NCBI GenBank assembly: GCA_977030845.1
Contig: OZ365114.1
Span: 14,508,001 to 14,572,000 of the forward strand
Source of the DNA: Fimbriosthenelais zetlandica
Lineage: Eukaryota
Direction of reading: 5' to 3'
Length of the DNA: 64,000 bases
The notes under the pieces are model-generated. The model saw only the letters and a list, made by a program, of their open reading frames with translations, was not told where the DNA came from and searched no databases. The translations under genes and the position numbers were made by a program. Shown here in pieces: positions 1 to 12,500 of the stretch (position 1 is its first letter; each line of letters starts with the position of its first letter).

Positions 1-1560
1 AAAGAGTGAGATGGACAATTTCTATCTCAACTGCAAAGGGCCACTCGGAGCGCCATAGAAAACTGAAAACGTAGGAGGTCTTAAACATCGATAAAATATA
101 TTCAAAGTTTGAAGAAAAACATATGTATATATCATCTACAACAGCTGCCACGTTTAGCAACACGAATCATTTATTATAAAATGTGAAAAGGTCTGTTTTT
201 CACTCAAGGAATTTTGAGATTATGACTATAGGATCTTTACGTATTGAGAAGCGTTTCCACTCGCCTAAGTCTGAGTGTTTAACTTGAGAGAGGTTTGCTA
301 AAAGTTAACAGATTAGAAGAAATGCAGCGGAAATGACTTATTGTATTTCAGTGCCTAAGAATGTGTGCGTTCACAGCGCAGTTCTAACAATTCATAAAAT
401 GTAATTTTACCCCGTTAGATAGCTGAAATGAAACACAGTTGTTATGATACTTGGGTCAAGGTATGTGGTGAGGATATATAGGATGAGTTACAAATCAGAA
501 AGTGCTATGGGCGAATAAATTTGAATCTTTTGATATGAAAAATGCCGTGTTCTCTGCTATCTCTCCACTTTTCATAAAGTGAAAGTGTCCAGTTCAAATT
601 TGAAATACGCTATTTAAAAAAGTGAATGAGAAATACAAGAGATAAAAAATGTTACTTGTCCAAATTGAAAAGCTGCTTTATCACCGAAGATTTTTTGGTT
701 AAAACTTTGCCCAATATAAAGCCCCCAAGTAATAAAGCCTAGGGTCACCTTTCCAGATAATCTTACAAGATCCTTTGTCAGTAAGGAAGCTTATATGGCC
801 AGCGGTCCCCTATACATATTTCCCCTTCAGATCTATCATGGCAAGCGTGGCATATGTCTCCTGTTTTGTCACAGAAAACCAATGAGTATTTAACCAACAA
901 AATGACCAAGTAAACAACTGACAAAGATAATTGGAGTGATATTTTACATTAACTCTTTTTCACCCCCTCAAATCAATGCCAAGGCAACTTATGAAATTTA
1001 AAAACCTTGAAAACCCGAAAAAACACCATTACTGGATAGAAAAGAAAAGAAATGACCAATGAATTTATACTACAATAAAGACACAGGACGTCCATATATT
1101 GATCTAACAAAAAGAAGTGAACGGGAACACTTAATCCTTAGAGCTATAAAAAAATGCCATACAATTTTCGAACACTTTAGCAACCATAGTGTCACTGTGA
1201 CAAAGATTAATGTAAAGAACTTCTTCAGAGAATTTCGAGGACATGGTTCAAGACTGTCCAGATAATATCCTTATACCAGAAATCAATATTAGTAGCTTCA
1301 AATTATTTTTGCACTCAAAATCAAACAATGAATTTTAAAATACTTAAGAGGATTAGTATTCTGATTGGTTAGTGGATGAGTTCTGATAGGCTGAATTACC
1401 TTATCTGTCATGGAAAAAGCCAAAGCAAAAAACCAATTACAGCCTTATTTATTGATGGATGATAATTATAGAGAAATAACTATAGTGTCCCATCCAGAAG
1501 ACTTTTGGGTTTTGTTCCAGTTCTGGCATGCAGAGCAAGTGTTGCCATGCCTACACTCAC

Positions 1561-1735
1561 CATCTTCTGACAAGCATCATTGAGCGTCCGGTGGAGGTAG
1601 GTTTCGCCATCGTTGAAATGTTTGGGACAGGTTGGTTTGGTTGGGTCGTTGGAGTCGCAGACGATCTCCTGTGCTGAGGTAATCCGGTCACGGGAAATCT
1701 CTAATGTAATGCTGTAGTAGTCCGGGATGGGGTGT
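1561..1735 (-). CDS. Exon 5 (175 nt, phase 2-0): (R)HPIPDYYSITLEISRDRITSAQEIVCDSNDPTKPTCPKHFNDGETYLHRTLNDACQKM
   Basis: Acceptor gaattattccccgcag, donor ATG|GTGAGT at 1560, stop-free, with C-ending codons against an AT-richer background. Phase matches exon 4. The next exon was not confidently located. Confidence 0.85.
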
Positions 1736-3184
1736 CTGCGGGGAATAATTCAGGAGAAGCAATGTAAGCAGAGCTCTTCACACCTTATACAACGAATAGA
1801 TTGATTAGGCCTAAGGCTTAATTACACTCACAAGTTTTCTTAACAGATGATTTACAGTACACTGGCTATAACCATAGGTGAAATATATGGATTTATGTTC
1901 ATACTGATGCTATATCAAAACTGGATTTGTCCAATTACTTAAACTGCTTAGTCCCAATATTAAATCTCTACCTCCTTCAGATATAAAACTATCAACTTCA
2001 AGGACAATTTTCATGCACAGGAATCACGTCGAATAAAGAGAAGTTTACAATATTAGTGGAACAATACATGCCATATATTTGGGATATATTTGGACACTGA
2101 GGAAGTTAGCCGAGTAAAGGTATCACACTGAGTATGTAGTTGACAATGGGAATTTTTATATGAAGCATAATTCGGATTTATATTGTTTTATGTTATCGCT
2201 TGGCTGCAGTCTCTGGCATTTTATCGTCACAGCCTGGGAACACAACTGAGGCGAATAGCAGCACAAACTAAAGGCAATGGTCAGGCCTTGTGTTGCATAA
2301 TTAATGTGAAGACTAGATGCTAACCACTATAGGCTGTGATCTAGGAAGGTCTTGATTTGCTGCGGGGGAGTAGGGCATCTCTCAATGTACCACGATAAGA
2401 CTGAATAATGAATGTCCTACTTTTATCATATAGGCGCTTTGTCTCGGACCTTAATGATAATGTAGGACCATTCAAGCTCCATGATTAATTTTTGAATAAA
2501 GGCATTACCTGCCAACATGATCTTGTAGATTAATGGACTCTTTATGTTTTCCCCGTACTATTAAAATTACGACTGTTTCACAAGGATATTCTGTTTCGCC
2601 CAGGATTTAGTTGAAAATGGAATGGATGGATTCCAATTATGCCTGGACTGTAAGCAATGTAGCAGATACCACCTTTAACATCCCCTTAGTCTGAACCTTG
2701 GTCTTTTTGGAGCTTTTCTTAAGAATCTTCAAAGACTATATCACTAACCCAAGCCTCATCTGAGGCTAGATCCCAAAGGACTGCCTTTGGGTGTCTTGAG
2801 ATGTCATTAGTCCCCATATCTTTCTAAATGGTTCCGCAACGGTAGAAAAGGCAAAAGAGGACCAGGCACTGGCAGCCCCAGGGAGCCGTCTATCTCCCTA
2901 AGCTGAATCCCGGATGGGGCTGGAGATGGCATGGTGTCGTCATCAGACCCAAGCAGCGTCTGTCACGGCACAAGTAACACATTCATTACCAGAGGCGCCA
3001 AGCGAGGCGTTAACTGCAATTAACCTGTTCAAAAACATGCCAAAGCCGCGTTTCAAATACTTCCCTCGCTTTCAATGAAGAAGGGGGGAGACTGGGCTGG
3101 GAAGGGCAGGCAATTTCAAGCAGACAAACGGAGCATTAGCGTGCAGGTCTCATTAAATTCCAATCGCTTATCTCAATCACTCAC

Positions 3185-3461
3185 CGACAATAGTATTTAA
3201 CAATCTTCCTGAATTTGGTCTTGTCTTCGCTATTGTTGGGGTTTCCGAGCATGTATTTGTTATCGCTCTCATGATCGGTGTCTTCATATGTAGGGATAAC
3301 GTTCACGTCCATTATGCCTATATTTACACGAAGTCCAGACTCGCGGATCCAATAGAAGTCCACAGCCTGAGTGGAGTCAGTCACATAATATGTAGTTTCC
3401 AGGTTTCGCGTACTGTGCAGATTTTCCAGGAAGATGTTTTCGGATGCCTCGACTTTTAGCC
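3185..3461 (-). CDS. Exon 4 (277 nt, phase 1-2): GLKVEASENIFLENLHSTRNLETTYYVTDSTQAVDFYWIRESGLRVNIGIMDVNVIPTYEDTDHESDNKYMLGNPNNSEDKTKFRKIVKYYCR
   Basis: Core of ORF 3181..3486. Acceptor ggactaatctctcatttccag with a CTAAT branch, donor CG|GTGAGT at 3184, and protein-like composition. Confidence 0.85.
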
Positions 3462-3849
3462 CTGGAAATGAGAGATTAGTCCACAATCAGACCGCATCCT
3501 TTTCAGTACTGTAATGGAGATGAAAAATCATGAATGATGTTCAAAGCAGAGTATCTGATAAATACATCTAATGATCCAATCTATTTTAAACAAAATAGGT
3601 ATATTCTATACTGATAATAGACATAGCAGAATCTCTAAAAATCTAATCCCATTTTTACATAATCTAAGTTGATTGATTGATAAAAGGGCTCTTGTTAGTA
3701 GTTTCCTATCGTCTTAAGTGTATCTGGATGATCTATATATACACCACCTATTCTTATCTAGCTAATAATAATCCTTTGGATCTAGCTAACCCAGAAGCTA
3801 TATAAGGGACTCTGTGGTGGTCACTCTAGTGGCCAACCTTTGGTTACTA

Positions 3850-4110
3850 TATGGGCAGAAATAGACTACCACCTCATCGCGCGAGTTCAATATACTCTCA
3901 CCAATATTCCTATAAACTTGTGTCGAGAAGAGAAAGCTGGTAAAAGTGAATTACCAGCCTTAACACCGGGATGTGGTAAACGTCACAGACTTAACTCCGC
4001 CATGGAGCAGGGCTCAGACCATAGCTCACCTGGACGGCAGCCACCCTGGATGGATCAAGACTGACCCACCCTGGAGGCACCATCAAGCAGGGAGAACGTG
4101 GCCACTCCAG
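3850..4110 (-). mobile_element. Degenerate Ty3/Gypsy reverse transcriptase fragment
   Basis: Minus frame VPPGWVSLDPSRVAAVQ...LRLVIHFYQL resembles the Gypsy RT segment G..DP.KV.AI..W...YYR.FI. Interrupted by stops. Confidence 0.35.
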
Positions 4111-7100
4111 GCAGTTAGACAAAACTTACACACACTAATACTTGGAAAGATATATCAGACTGAAAAACGGGCAATATAGAACTTTACATGGAAAAATATA
4201 CTTATTGTTCTTCTCTGTATTCTCATCTCTCGATATATTTTTTTTCTTTGTATGTTAACAATTGGATAAGAACATTTTGATCTAAAAAAGGGGGAAAGAA
4301 AGAACGGCGCCAGATAGTAGTACACAGACTCGCTCTACGAGTGTAGGATGTGACTATGGCCATCTAGAATGGGTAGACACTGACAAGGGAAAAAAAGGAG
4401 GACACAATGCATAGTAGCCTTGCTAATTATATTAGCCGGCTGCTATAGTACAATAAGACGACCATAGTAACAAAACTGTAGTGATCTACTCCTAAAATGT
4501 CCAAAGCATGCAACAGAAAGGCATTTACAATGACAAATCCTCTTGGAGATCCAAATTAGATGAAAATTGCAACTGGATCAGTGAAAATACAGATGAAAGA
4601 TACTATTGGAATTGAATGAAAATTTTGAAATGTAAATTGCAATATCATTAAATTTTGTCATATGGTTGATTAAAATGAAGAGTATGACGGTTGGTACAAA
4701 CATGCATGTGTAGCCATCTTACACAAAAGTAGGGTACACATCTACCCCAGCCTGAATCAGAGTAAACAATGCATCTTTCACCACCAAAACCCTTAATGAC
4801 ACAATCATAATCTGAAGACCTTCATCTAAAATGTTTTCACTAAAGATCACAAGCAGAGTTCTTCCGGCTTGTTCCTGAACAAGAACCTATCCTCAAAAGG
4901 TCATCCAAGTAGGCCTACATGAGTGAAGTCTTTGTTGGCGGAGGTACTTTTTTTGGTACTAGATTATAGTGTAAATTTGGCATGGGGGTTATATTCAGTT
5001 CCGTTCACAGGAATTTTAACTGTATATCTATCGGCAATATTAATGTGTCATAGATCTGGACAGCGGCAAGAAGAATTGTGGAGGAGGATGCTCTGATGAA
5101 ATTTCCTATATATATTGGTTTGGATGAACAGCACTAATGATCTGATATGAGTTGTTATTAAAATGATGATAACTGCTAAAATAAATTCCACCAACACCGG
5201 ATATATAATAATCAGACTGAAGCCAAAGCAAGAGTTAAAATGAGAATAGGAAATGGCCAGAAGGATGTGTTCCCATGTTTTGTGTACAGATAACCAGCAG
5301 AGTTGGAATACAGATAAGAAAAGAGATTGAAACATGCGATAATACAGCCCTCTACCAAGCGCCCATCCCAAAGAGAAAGGCGAGCTGACAAAAGCCGGTA
5401 AGGATCAGCCAACAAGCGCGCACAACTATGCGAGTCAGGCATAGAGTACAAGCACAAATTCCAAAAGTTATTAAGAAAATGCACCAAGCGTCCATGAGAG
5501 AACGGCTTCAACATGTAAAAATAACTTGCTTTTACGCGTTTTGTGCACGGGCTTCTTCTTTCTCAGTGCTGCTGAAAGAACGGTCAAAAAAATCCGACAA
5601 GAGTATAATGCTCTGATTCTGAGTGCACAAAGGGCACGCTCACAGTCACAGAATGCTCTCTCATCAAAACTAAGAAAAAAAAGGGAACCAACCGAAATCT
5701 ACCAGACATTCATTGGGGATCGGAGTTTGCTCCATGCTTCAGGGTTATTGGGGGGTTCAGTACTGGGACTGTGTAGGACACAAGAAGGTATAGTGGAGAG
5801 GCCATAACCTGCTACAGCAGAGAGCTGCATTTGGTTTCCTAACCTATGGTCATGTGACCCTGTCAGGACACTTTGATTGGCTAATCTCGTAGCAGGTGAC
5901 ACTCAACATACATGACAAGGAAATGGTGGGTTCATCGGGACCAAGGCCGTAATAGAAAGGCATGGGCGGAACGTTGTACTTGTGATGTTTGTTGAGTGGG
6001 GAGGCGGGGAAAAGACCTAAACATGTAAATGTACAGTGACAGACGAAGACAAGAGACATGGACAGATACAGGACTGATCCAAACAACATACAACTCCCAC
6101 AGAAGCACACTGATGAAGGGGAAGAGAAGCTACTAGGTTGTTACCATGGAATGACTGCACTGTTTTAGAGGCTAAGAAAAGATGACATCCCCCTTGTTGG
6201 TCGTTAAATAAATAAAGCAAAGTGAAAGTTTTCCAGGCAGCTGCATGGGCGAGTCTGGCAGGCATGTCAGTATATGAGGCATTAAGCATTATAAGACTGA
6301 GTGTGTATAATATATGACACGTCAATGAGTGTCACTTGGCTGCAAGCATACATAGACCGACGAGTCCGCTGTCATTTGACATAATTTCTTTGTAGAAACA
6401 GTTTGATTCAGAGAAAGACACATTCATTCAGCAGAAGTCTTGAATAGACCTCCACAATGCATCCAAATTTAAAATTCAACTCCCTAATAATTTTACCTGG
6501 AATTAATATTCACCAGGATAAACACAAACACCTTACAGAAGGAGCAGGATTTTTTGACTTTGCTAAGCGTTTGCGTCAGCCTATCAATAAAGACCTGCAG
6601 CAGGTGGTGGGTTTTACAAAGGCACTGTATAAGAAACTTTCCTCGGTCTTCCTACTTTATCTTTCCACCATTGTGAGGCGCCATTGTTCCGATCCGGCCA
6701 CTGTCAATTAATGTGACCAGAGCTTCGAATGGATAGAAGGTGGACAGGATGGTCGCGAGAGTCAGGATAAATCCACGACAATCAGCCGTGCACATTTGAC
6801 TTGGGTACGGTTCTTTTTCTGCAATTAAGCATGATTCTGTCATAATTGGTATGGACAAAGCATATCAGAAGCAGAGCAAGTCACCTAAATCTTAGCTGGA
6901 TGGCGTTTTCTAACTTATTCATGCTACAGCAGACCTAGGCCTTTTGGGGCCGACCAGGGAATGCTTATTTATTCATAACCACCTCACTTAGGATGAGAAT
7001 CACTGAGATGCAGCTCAGCCCGGTTCTCCGGAAGCAGCAACAGCGCGTGCGCCTCGGCTAAATCTTGGCCTGCAGCAAGAAGACACTCAGCTTGCTGACA

Positions 7101-8099
7101 CTCTCATCAAAAGCGGAGAAATTTGAAGATACTGCATTAGCATAATTTACCTCTCACATGGTGATGGTCCCCTGTAGGGTGATACGCACAGGGCATGAGC
7201 CTTTTTGGAACACTTTTGCTTAACCTGCCTAGATCTAAGTCAATTTTATCCAACATGGCTTTAGAGTTCCTCCTTTACTCAATACCTAAACAGCTATTAG
7301 GTCTAAATACAATTCATTATCAGCATAGCAGATGGCCCATCATTCTTCCCTGCAAATTTAGTATCACGGTAATATTTCTCTGAAAGTAATCGTTCTCTTT
7401 AAGAGAGTCTTTTAATTTCTAGTTGCAAGTACAAAAAAGAATATGCATACAGTAAGGTGGATACTAGGACTTTGCTCAAGAGGGACCTGAAGGATTTAGT
7501 ACTGAAAAAAGAAGAATGGACTCGACATTAATGCTCTTCCTCCTTTTCTACCCCTGTCAAAAGATGGCCATTAAAAGAGGCTATCTGACCTGACCCTCCA
7601 GGGGGATCTATAGACTAGGCCCCGGCCCCTGGCATGGTGGGGATATATTAGCCATCAGATAGAGTGTATGTGGCAAATGTCCCCGTACAGCTCCCATTCA
7701 TTGCTACATGTGTCCTAACACTGCGTCTCAAGGAATTGTTTCCTTCCTTATGATGAGTTGCCGTCCAGACCGACCCCACAAGGACTCTCTTGTTAACCAC
7801 GGGTCGGTGCTTTTTCTATAAAATATGACTACGCCTGACCAATAGCCAATAGTTTTCATGGTTTTTTGCTTGGTCTAAAGCAAGCTATGTCTTCAGGCTA
7901 GATATAGTTACACTGACCTCACCTTACCTTACCGTGGATGATACATTTTACATAATTTCAATTTGCATTTCGAATCCGAAGATTAATTCTCAGTTTATCT
8001 TATTGGTATCAAGTAACTGGAAAAGCTTCTAGTGTAGCAGGAAAAAGCTTCTATATTCGTCAATGCTACATGCCTGCAGAAAATGAATTGCTGGTCTCG

Positions 8100-8700
8100 A
8101 AGATGTTTCGCCATCCAAACCACAAAGTTTGAATTCTGCCTAATCCTTCTCAGATCCACCACAGAACTAAAACCACATGCTCCAGCTTATTGACTCAGAA
8201 AGAAGTTACATTTGTCATAATCCTTTGACAAGAGAATGCCTGATATCCCGATACGGAGACTCAATGTTATGGTCAATGAAGTAAATACTGATGCAGGGCA
8301 TTTCGTTAAGTTACCATTTGTACATTTCAATGGCTTGAAAAATATTTACATTAGATATTGTGATATCCAGAGTGCTCGGAACTACTATTTTCAGACAGTA
8401 TTTTCTAAATTGGTATTGAACCACACCAATTCAGGAGTGTTCATTACATGCATCATCGTCATTATCATCATGCTGTCATGCGAAAGCAAACAGAGCATGC
8501 TTCTTTGACCTTCCTTGACCTTTCAAGATCATGGAACATGCTCCTAAAAGAAGGCAATTGCAAAGGCAACATAACACAAAGAACACATAATTCACACGCG
8601 AGTCTGGTACTTGTAGACAAAGACAGGACATACAGACAGAAATACATATATCATTTTGGACCGTTGAAACAGATGGCTGTAACATTATACTTTAACAAAA
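8100..8700 (-). mobile_element. Degenerate Ty1/Copia RNase H remnant
   Basis: Minus-frame motifs VNYVFF...RSKKHAL, NVNIFQAIEM and HNIESPYRDIRHSLVKG resemble Copia SGYVF/SKKQ..VA/DN.SAI/KHIDIRYHFIRE. Shares the 16-mer TTCCTTGACCTTTCAA with the 42.2 kb fragment in the opposite orientation. Confidence 0.5.
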
Positions 8701-8939
8701 CATATTTCCATGTACGAATAGTTAAAGAAAAGCAATTTCAAGAACATTACACTGAATCAAAAACCCCCAACGCTCTTCATCGAAATCCTAGTATAGATAA
8801 AGGCGTGTTTTCATTGGATAAAATTCCCATCTCATTTCCCGGGAACTCCTGACCATGAATACTTGTGATGAACTCGATGCCTCGGTGGCCACATGAAATC
8901 TTCATATGCTAAATTGCTATTGATGACTCCAAAGATTTA

Positions 8940-9570
8940 TTCACTGGGACGTAGATTTTATTAGGATGCAGTTTGCATTCGTTCTGGCACCCCACCGTCT
9001 GCTATTCCAATGGGATGAATGGAAGATAACACCAAAGTGGTTCAGCTGTAAGGGCTGAGACACCACATTTTGGTGGCAGCGAGAAGATACAATTGCCCTG
9101 GGCCTTGAATATACAGCTAAGGCGAATAGATCCCCGAGAAAATATTGACCGCCAACAGTGGATTTATTGGAAGGAATCAGCCTGGCAAAAGTCATCCATT
9201 ACAGTTACTTCCACTTGAATATTGCCAGGAATGAATTGTTCGATATTCATTCATTTACAGAGTTATATTCAGCGAACACGATCTGGAAAAGCAAAGTAGC
9301 CATGTCCCAGTTGTGTACTCAACAAAGATGGGACCTCTAATCTAATTCCATGGAAGATGGAGTTTTTTGAAGGGTTGAATGCAGACGGCCGTGGAGAGAG
9401 GATCTTGAGGGAGTGACTTGGTGGGCTGCTGATGCATTTTCTTGATTCTACCTGCGTGCCGTCTATAAAGGGTGGGAGTGATGTGTTACCCGATATAACA
9501 CTACAAGCTGGCGACTCGCAGTATTTATCTTTCCAGTCCATTAAGGTCCCATCAGCACAGGTAATAAACC
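8940..9570 (+). mobile_element. Possible L1-type LINE ORF2 C-terminal (zf-RVT-like) remnant
   Basis: Trp-rich plus frame with FWWQRED, FDIHSFTELY, IWKSKVA and VECRRPWREDLEGVTWW. Several stops. Confidence 0.35.
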
Positions 9571-12500
9571 TCCAGTTACTCACTCTAATCCTTCCCTAAC
9601 TCGACATTCTTTCCCAAATAATTGAGGGATTAAAAACCCGGTGCGGGATGGGAGGAAACGAGCTCAATGATCACTTAAAGTGGAACGCCCAACGCCTCTA
9701 AGCATGTCTATGTAGAAACTGGCCATTTAAGGCCAGAACGATGTAGAGAGATTGGGATTTTCAATGGTATCTACCTTTATATTTACACAACGGTTCATGC
9801 TAAGCGCATCATAAGATGAGCCGCAAGTCATTAATAACAGCCACATCTTTCCCATGAGAATATTGGGGTTATAACATGACTAATCAATAACAACATAACC
9901 CTGAATATTTCATTACAGTTACCTCCGAGCTCATCATCTTACCCAATAACAGTGTTTTTCCCACTGCCTTCTGTAATGAAATCCTGAGTTCATTTCACTA
10001 ATATAAATGGTGGTTTTCCATTCCTCGGGAGATAAATCCAGGAAAAATTACAGGCATGAGAGCATTGCAATAGTTTCAACTGCAGCTACTGCAAACAAAA
10101 AATACTGGATAGCAATTGGAATAACCATTCCCAGATATTATGGCATTTAGTTTGCGTTCTTATTTAAGAGACACTCCTGTGACATGGAAGGTGGGACACG
10201 CATGTTATGCGACAATTACGAAACATAGGGACCATCATGATACAGTATTAGAGAGCACGTTTCCTTTCAAAATACACATGATGTATGATGGCTGATACCC
10301 TAGAAAGCTTCGCGTGACGCAGGATATTTATCCTGTTGTAGGGACAAATGGGGGACGAGATCAGAAGCTCTTTCCCAGATGGTAAATAGCTTGGCTTTGA
10401 AATGATATTGAGCTTCTGAAGGAAAACAATGACTATGGTACAAGGTACTCTTTCTCTTATTGGGTAATTTTAGGTTGCTTTCATTCTCTGAAAGTCTACT
10501 GGATGAGCCATTGATTCAATCGAGAAATGTAATACTATTGTAGCCAAACCCATTCTATTCGTGTGAGGATGTATCATATATGATTAGATCATTTATGCAA
10601 GGTTCATTTTTGGTTTCCCGCAGCAGTACAAGACAAGAATGGATCATCCCGTGCTATACAATGATCGAGATTATAAAGAAGACAACATGTTGTGCAGATG
10701 GTATATACTTTAACTCCAAGTTCCAACCTCTCCTTGTCTGTCTCTCTTCTAATCCCTGATAAGGAATGATAGGTCAGGCAGAGTCTGTCTTATCATGCTT
10801 TATAGGTCTGTTTATCCCAAGCCACCTGACAACATTCCTCAGGCTTCATGAAGCCAGCGAGGCAATATTCTCTTCAGATGAAACCTCGAAATAGGTCTGA
10901 GTATGGGGGGCTGAGCGCAGCAGCAGCCAGCAATGACTTCTTTTTTAAACAACCATTATTCACCATGAGGTATATATATGTACACACAGAAACCGACCAA
11001 TGGTCATCTACTGGACAAAAACAGAACTAGGCACTGGGCCCTAATATGTCCTGGGGATGCTCACTAATTTCACCGAGGTTGGCAACACGCCTGAAAAGCA
11101 ATAACTCTACTTTCCTACCAACGGCATGACTCCTCGGTCAGAATACAGAATTTCCTTCATGGAAACTAGAATGACAAATCGAGGAAAGAGGGACATTGGT
11201 AACAATTTTCTCATGCCTCGGGCACTGGCATTGTTTATGGCCTGTCTGCGATGAATAGCCAACAACAATGCATTGGTGTGGCTGTTCTTCAGCCTGACCT
11301 CCCGTTTCCCCCTATTATCGGTAGTGCAAACACTGCCCATATGACCAGGCAGCAAAGAGGCTGCTATGGCTGATGGCAATGCAGCTGCATCACTCCTGGA
11401 CCTCTACGCGTCAATTTTCATTTGGACTGTATTCTACGCTGTTCTTCTTGGAATCCAGACAGAGTCGATGAAGTCAAGTACATATTTCACTCTGTGAATC
11501 CATTTTCCTTGGGCTAGCAGCAATGTTTAACACCCCAATATTGAAGCAAATACTGGTATTGGATCTCTGTTAGGAGGCGGCAGGCAGCATTCAATGAGGG
11601 AGGGTATATATAATAAAAATTCATACTGCATCTCTTTTGTTAACATCAGCAAAGAGGGTGAGATATATGGGCCTAGTCTATTCACCAGCATAAATCATAC
11701 TTACTGATTCGATTTACCATGTCTGTGAATTTAAAGGGGAGCATCTTATATATGCGGGCATGAAGCCTTGGGAGTGGAGGTGAACATTTATCTTTATCTA
11801 TAACGACAGATCTGTTTATTACCGAGTCCCAGATTTCAGTCTGCATCTATAAACTTGACCTAGGATGTGAATATACCTGCCAAGGCAAATCACCACATTA
11901 CTCGATAACAGAAGACAACCTGGGCCAAACATTCCCAGAGCTCCAACCACACTCATTGTTATTTGCAGTTTCATCCACAAGGCATATCTGGGTTCTAAGA
12001 TAAAGCACCACCAGCCATGGTCCTCAGCCAGCTCAAAAGGTGATATATTAATAAGGTGACCCCTAACTGCACGCTTGGTCAGCTGAGGGAACCAGGCGAT
12101 GGTTCGGGGGTACAGTGGTGAGCATCTCTCCCGCTAACTTGATTGGAATGCTCCACTACATCGCCACCTGACTGCTAAGTGCCATTCTAATTCCCAACAG
12201 TACCCCCTCTGGCGGGGCAGTGCACAGCACAGTCCGGGGTTTAATCCCGCAGGATGAGCCCCTCCACACCTTGGATTACTTTTTGTTCGACAAGGTGCCG
12301 TCCAGCCCAGTAATCAACTTAGAGGCTGACTTGAACCAACTTTCGGCAGAAAATGGGCCAATGTGGGCAGAAATGTTCTCAGGCTAGGGAGGAGGTGTGC
12401 TTGATGGAAGAGCCTCTAGAGTCAAAGCGACCCCTAATGGACTGGTAGGGAGAGGGTACAGTTACCAGTGCCCTCATTCTAGGGCTATGGTTCAGGGTGG

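Noticed and set aside
1059-1265. 68-aa plus ORF, and its antisense frame giving an apparent TM segment through a 5-nt micro-exon
   Set aside because: No recognisable motif. The minus-strand TM reading has typical antisense composition and needs an ad hoc micro-exon.
1700-1735. PIPDYYSI resembles the bromodomain PDYY motif
   Set aside because: No other bromodomain features, and the context is extracellular and Cys-containing.
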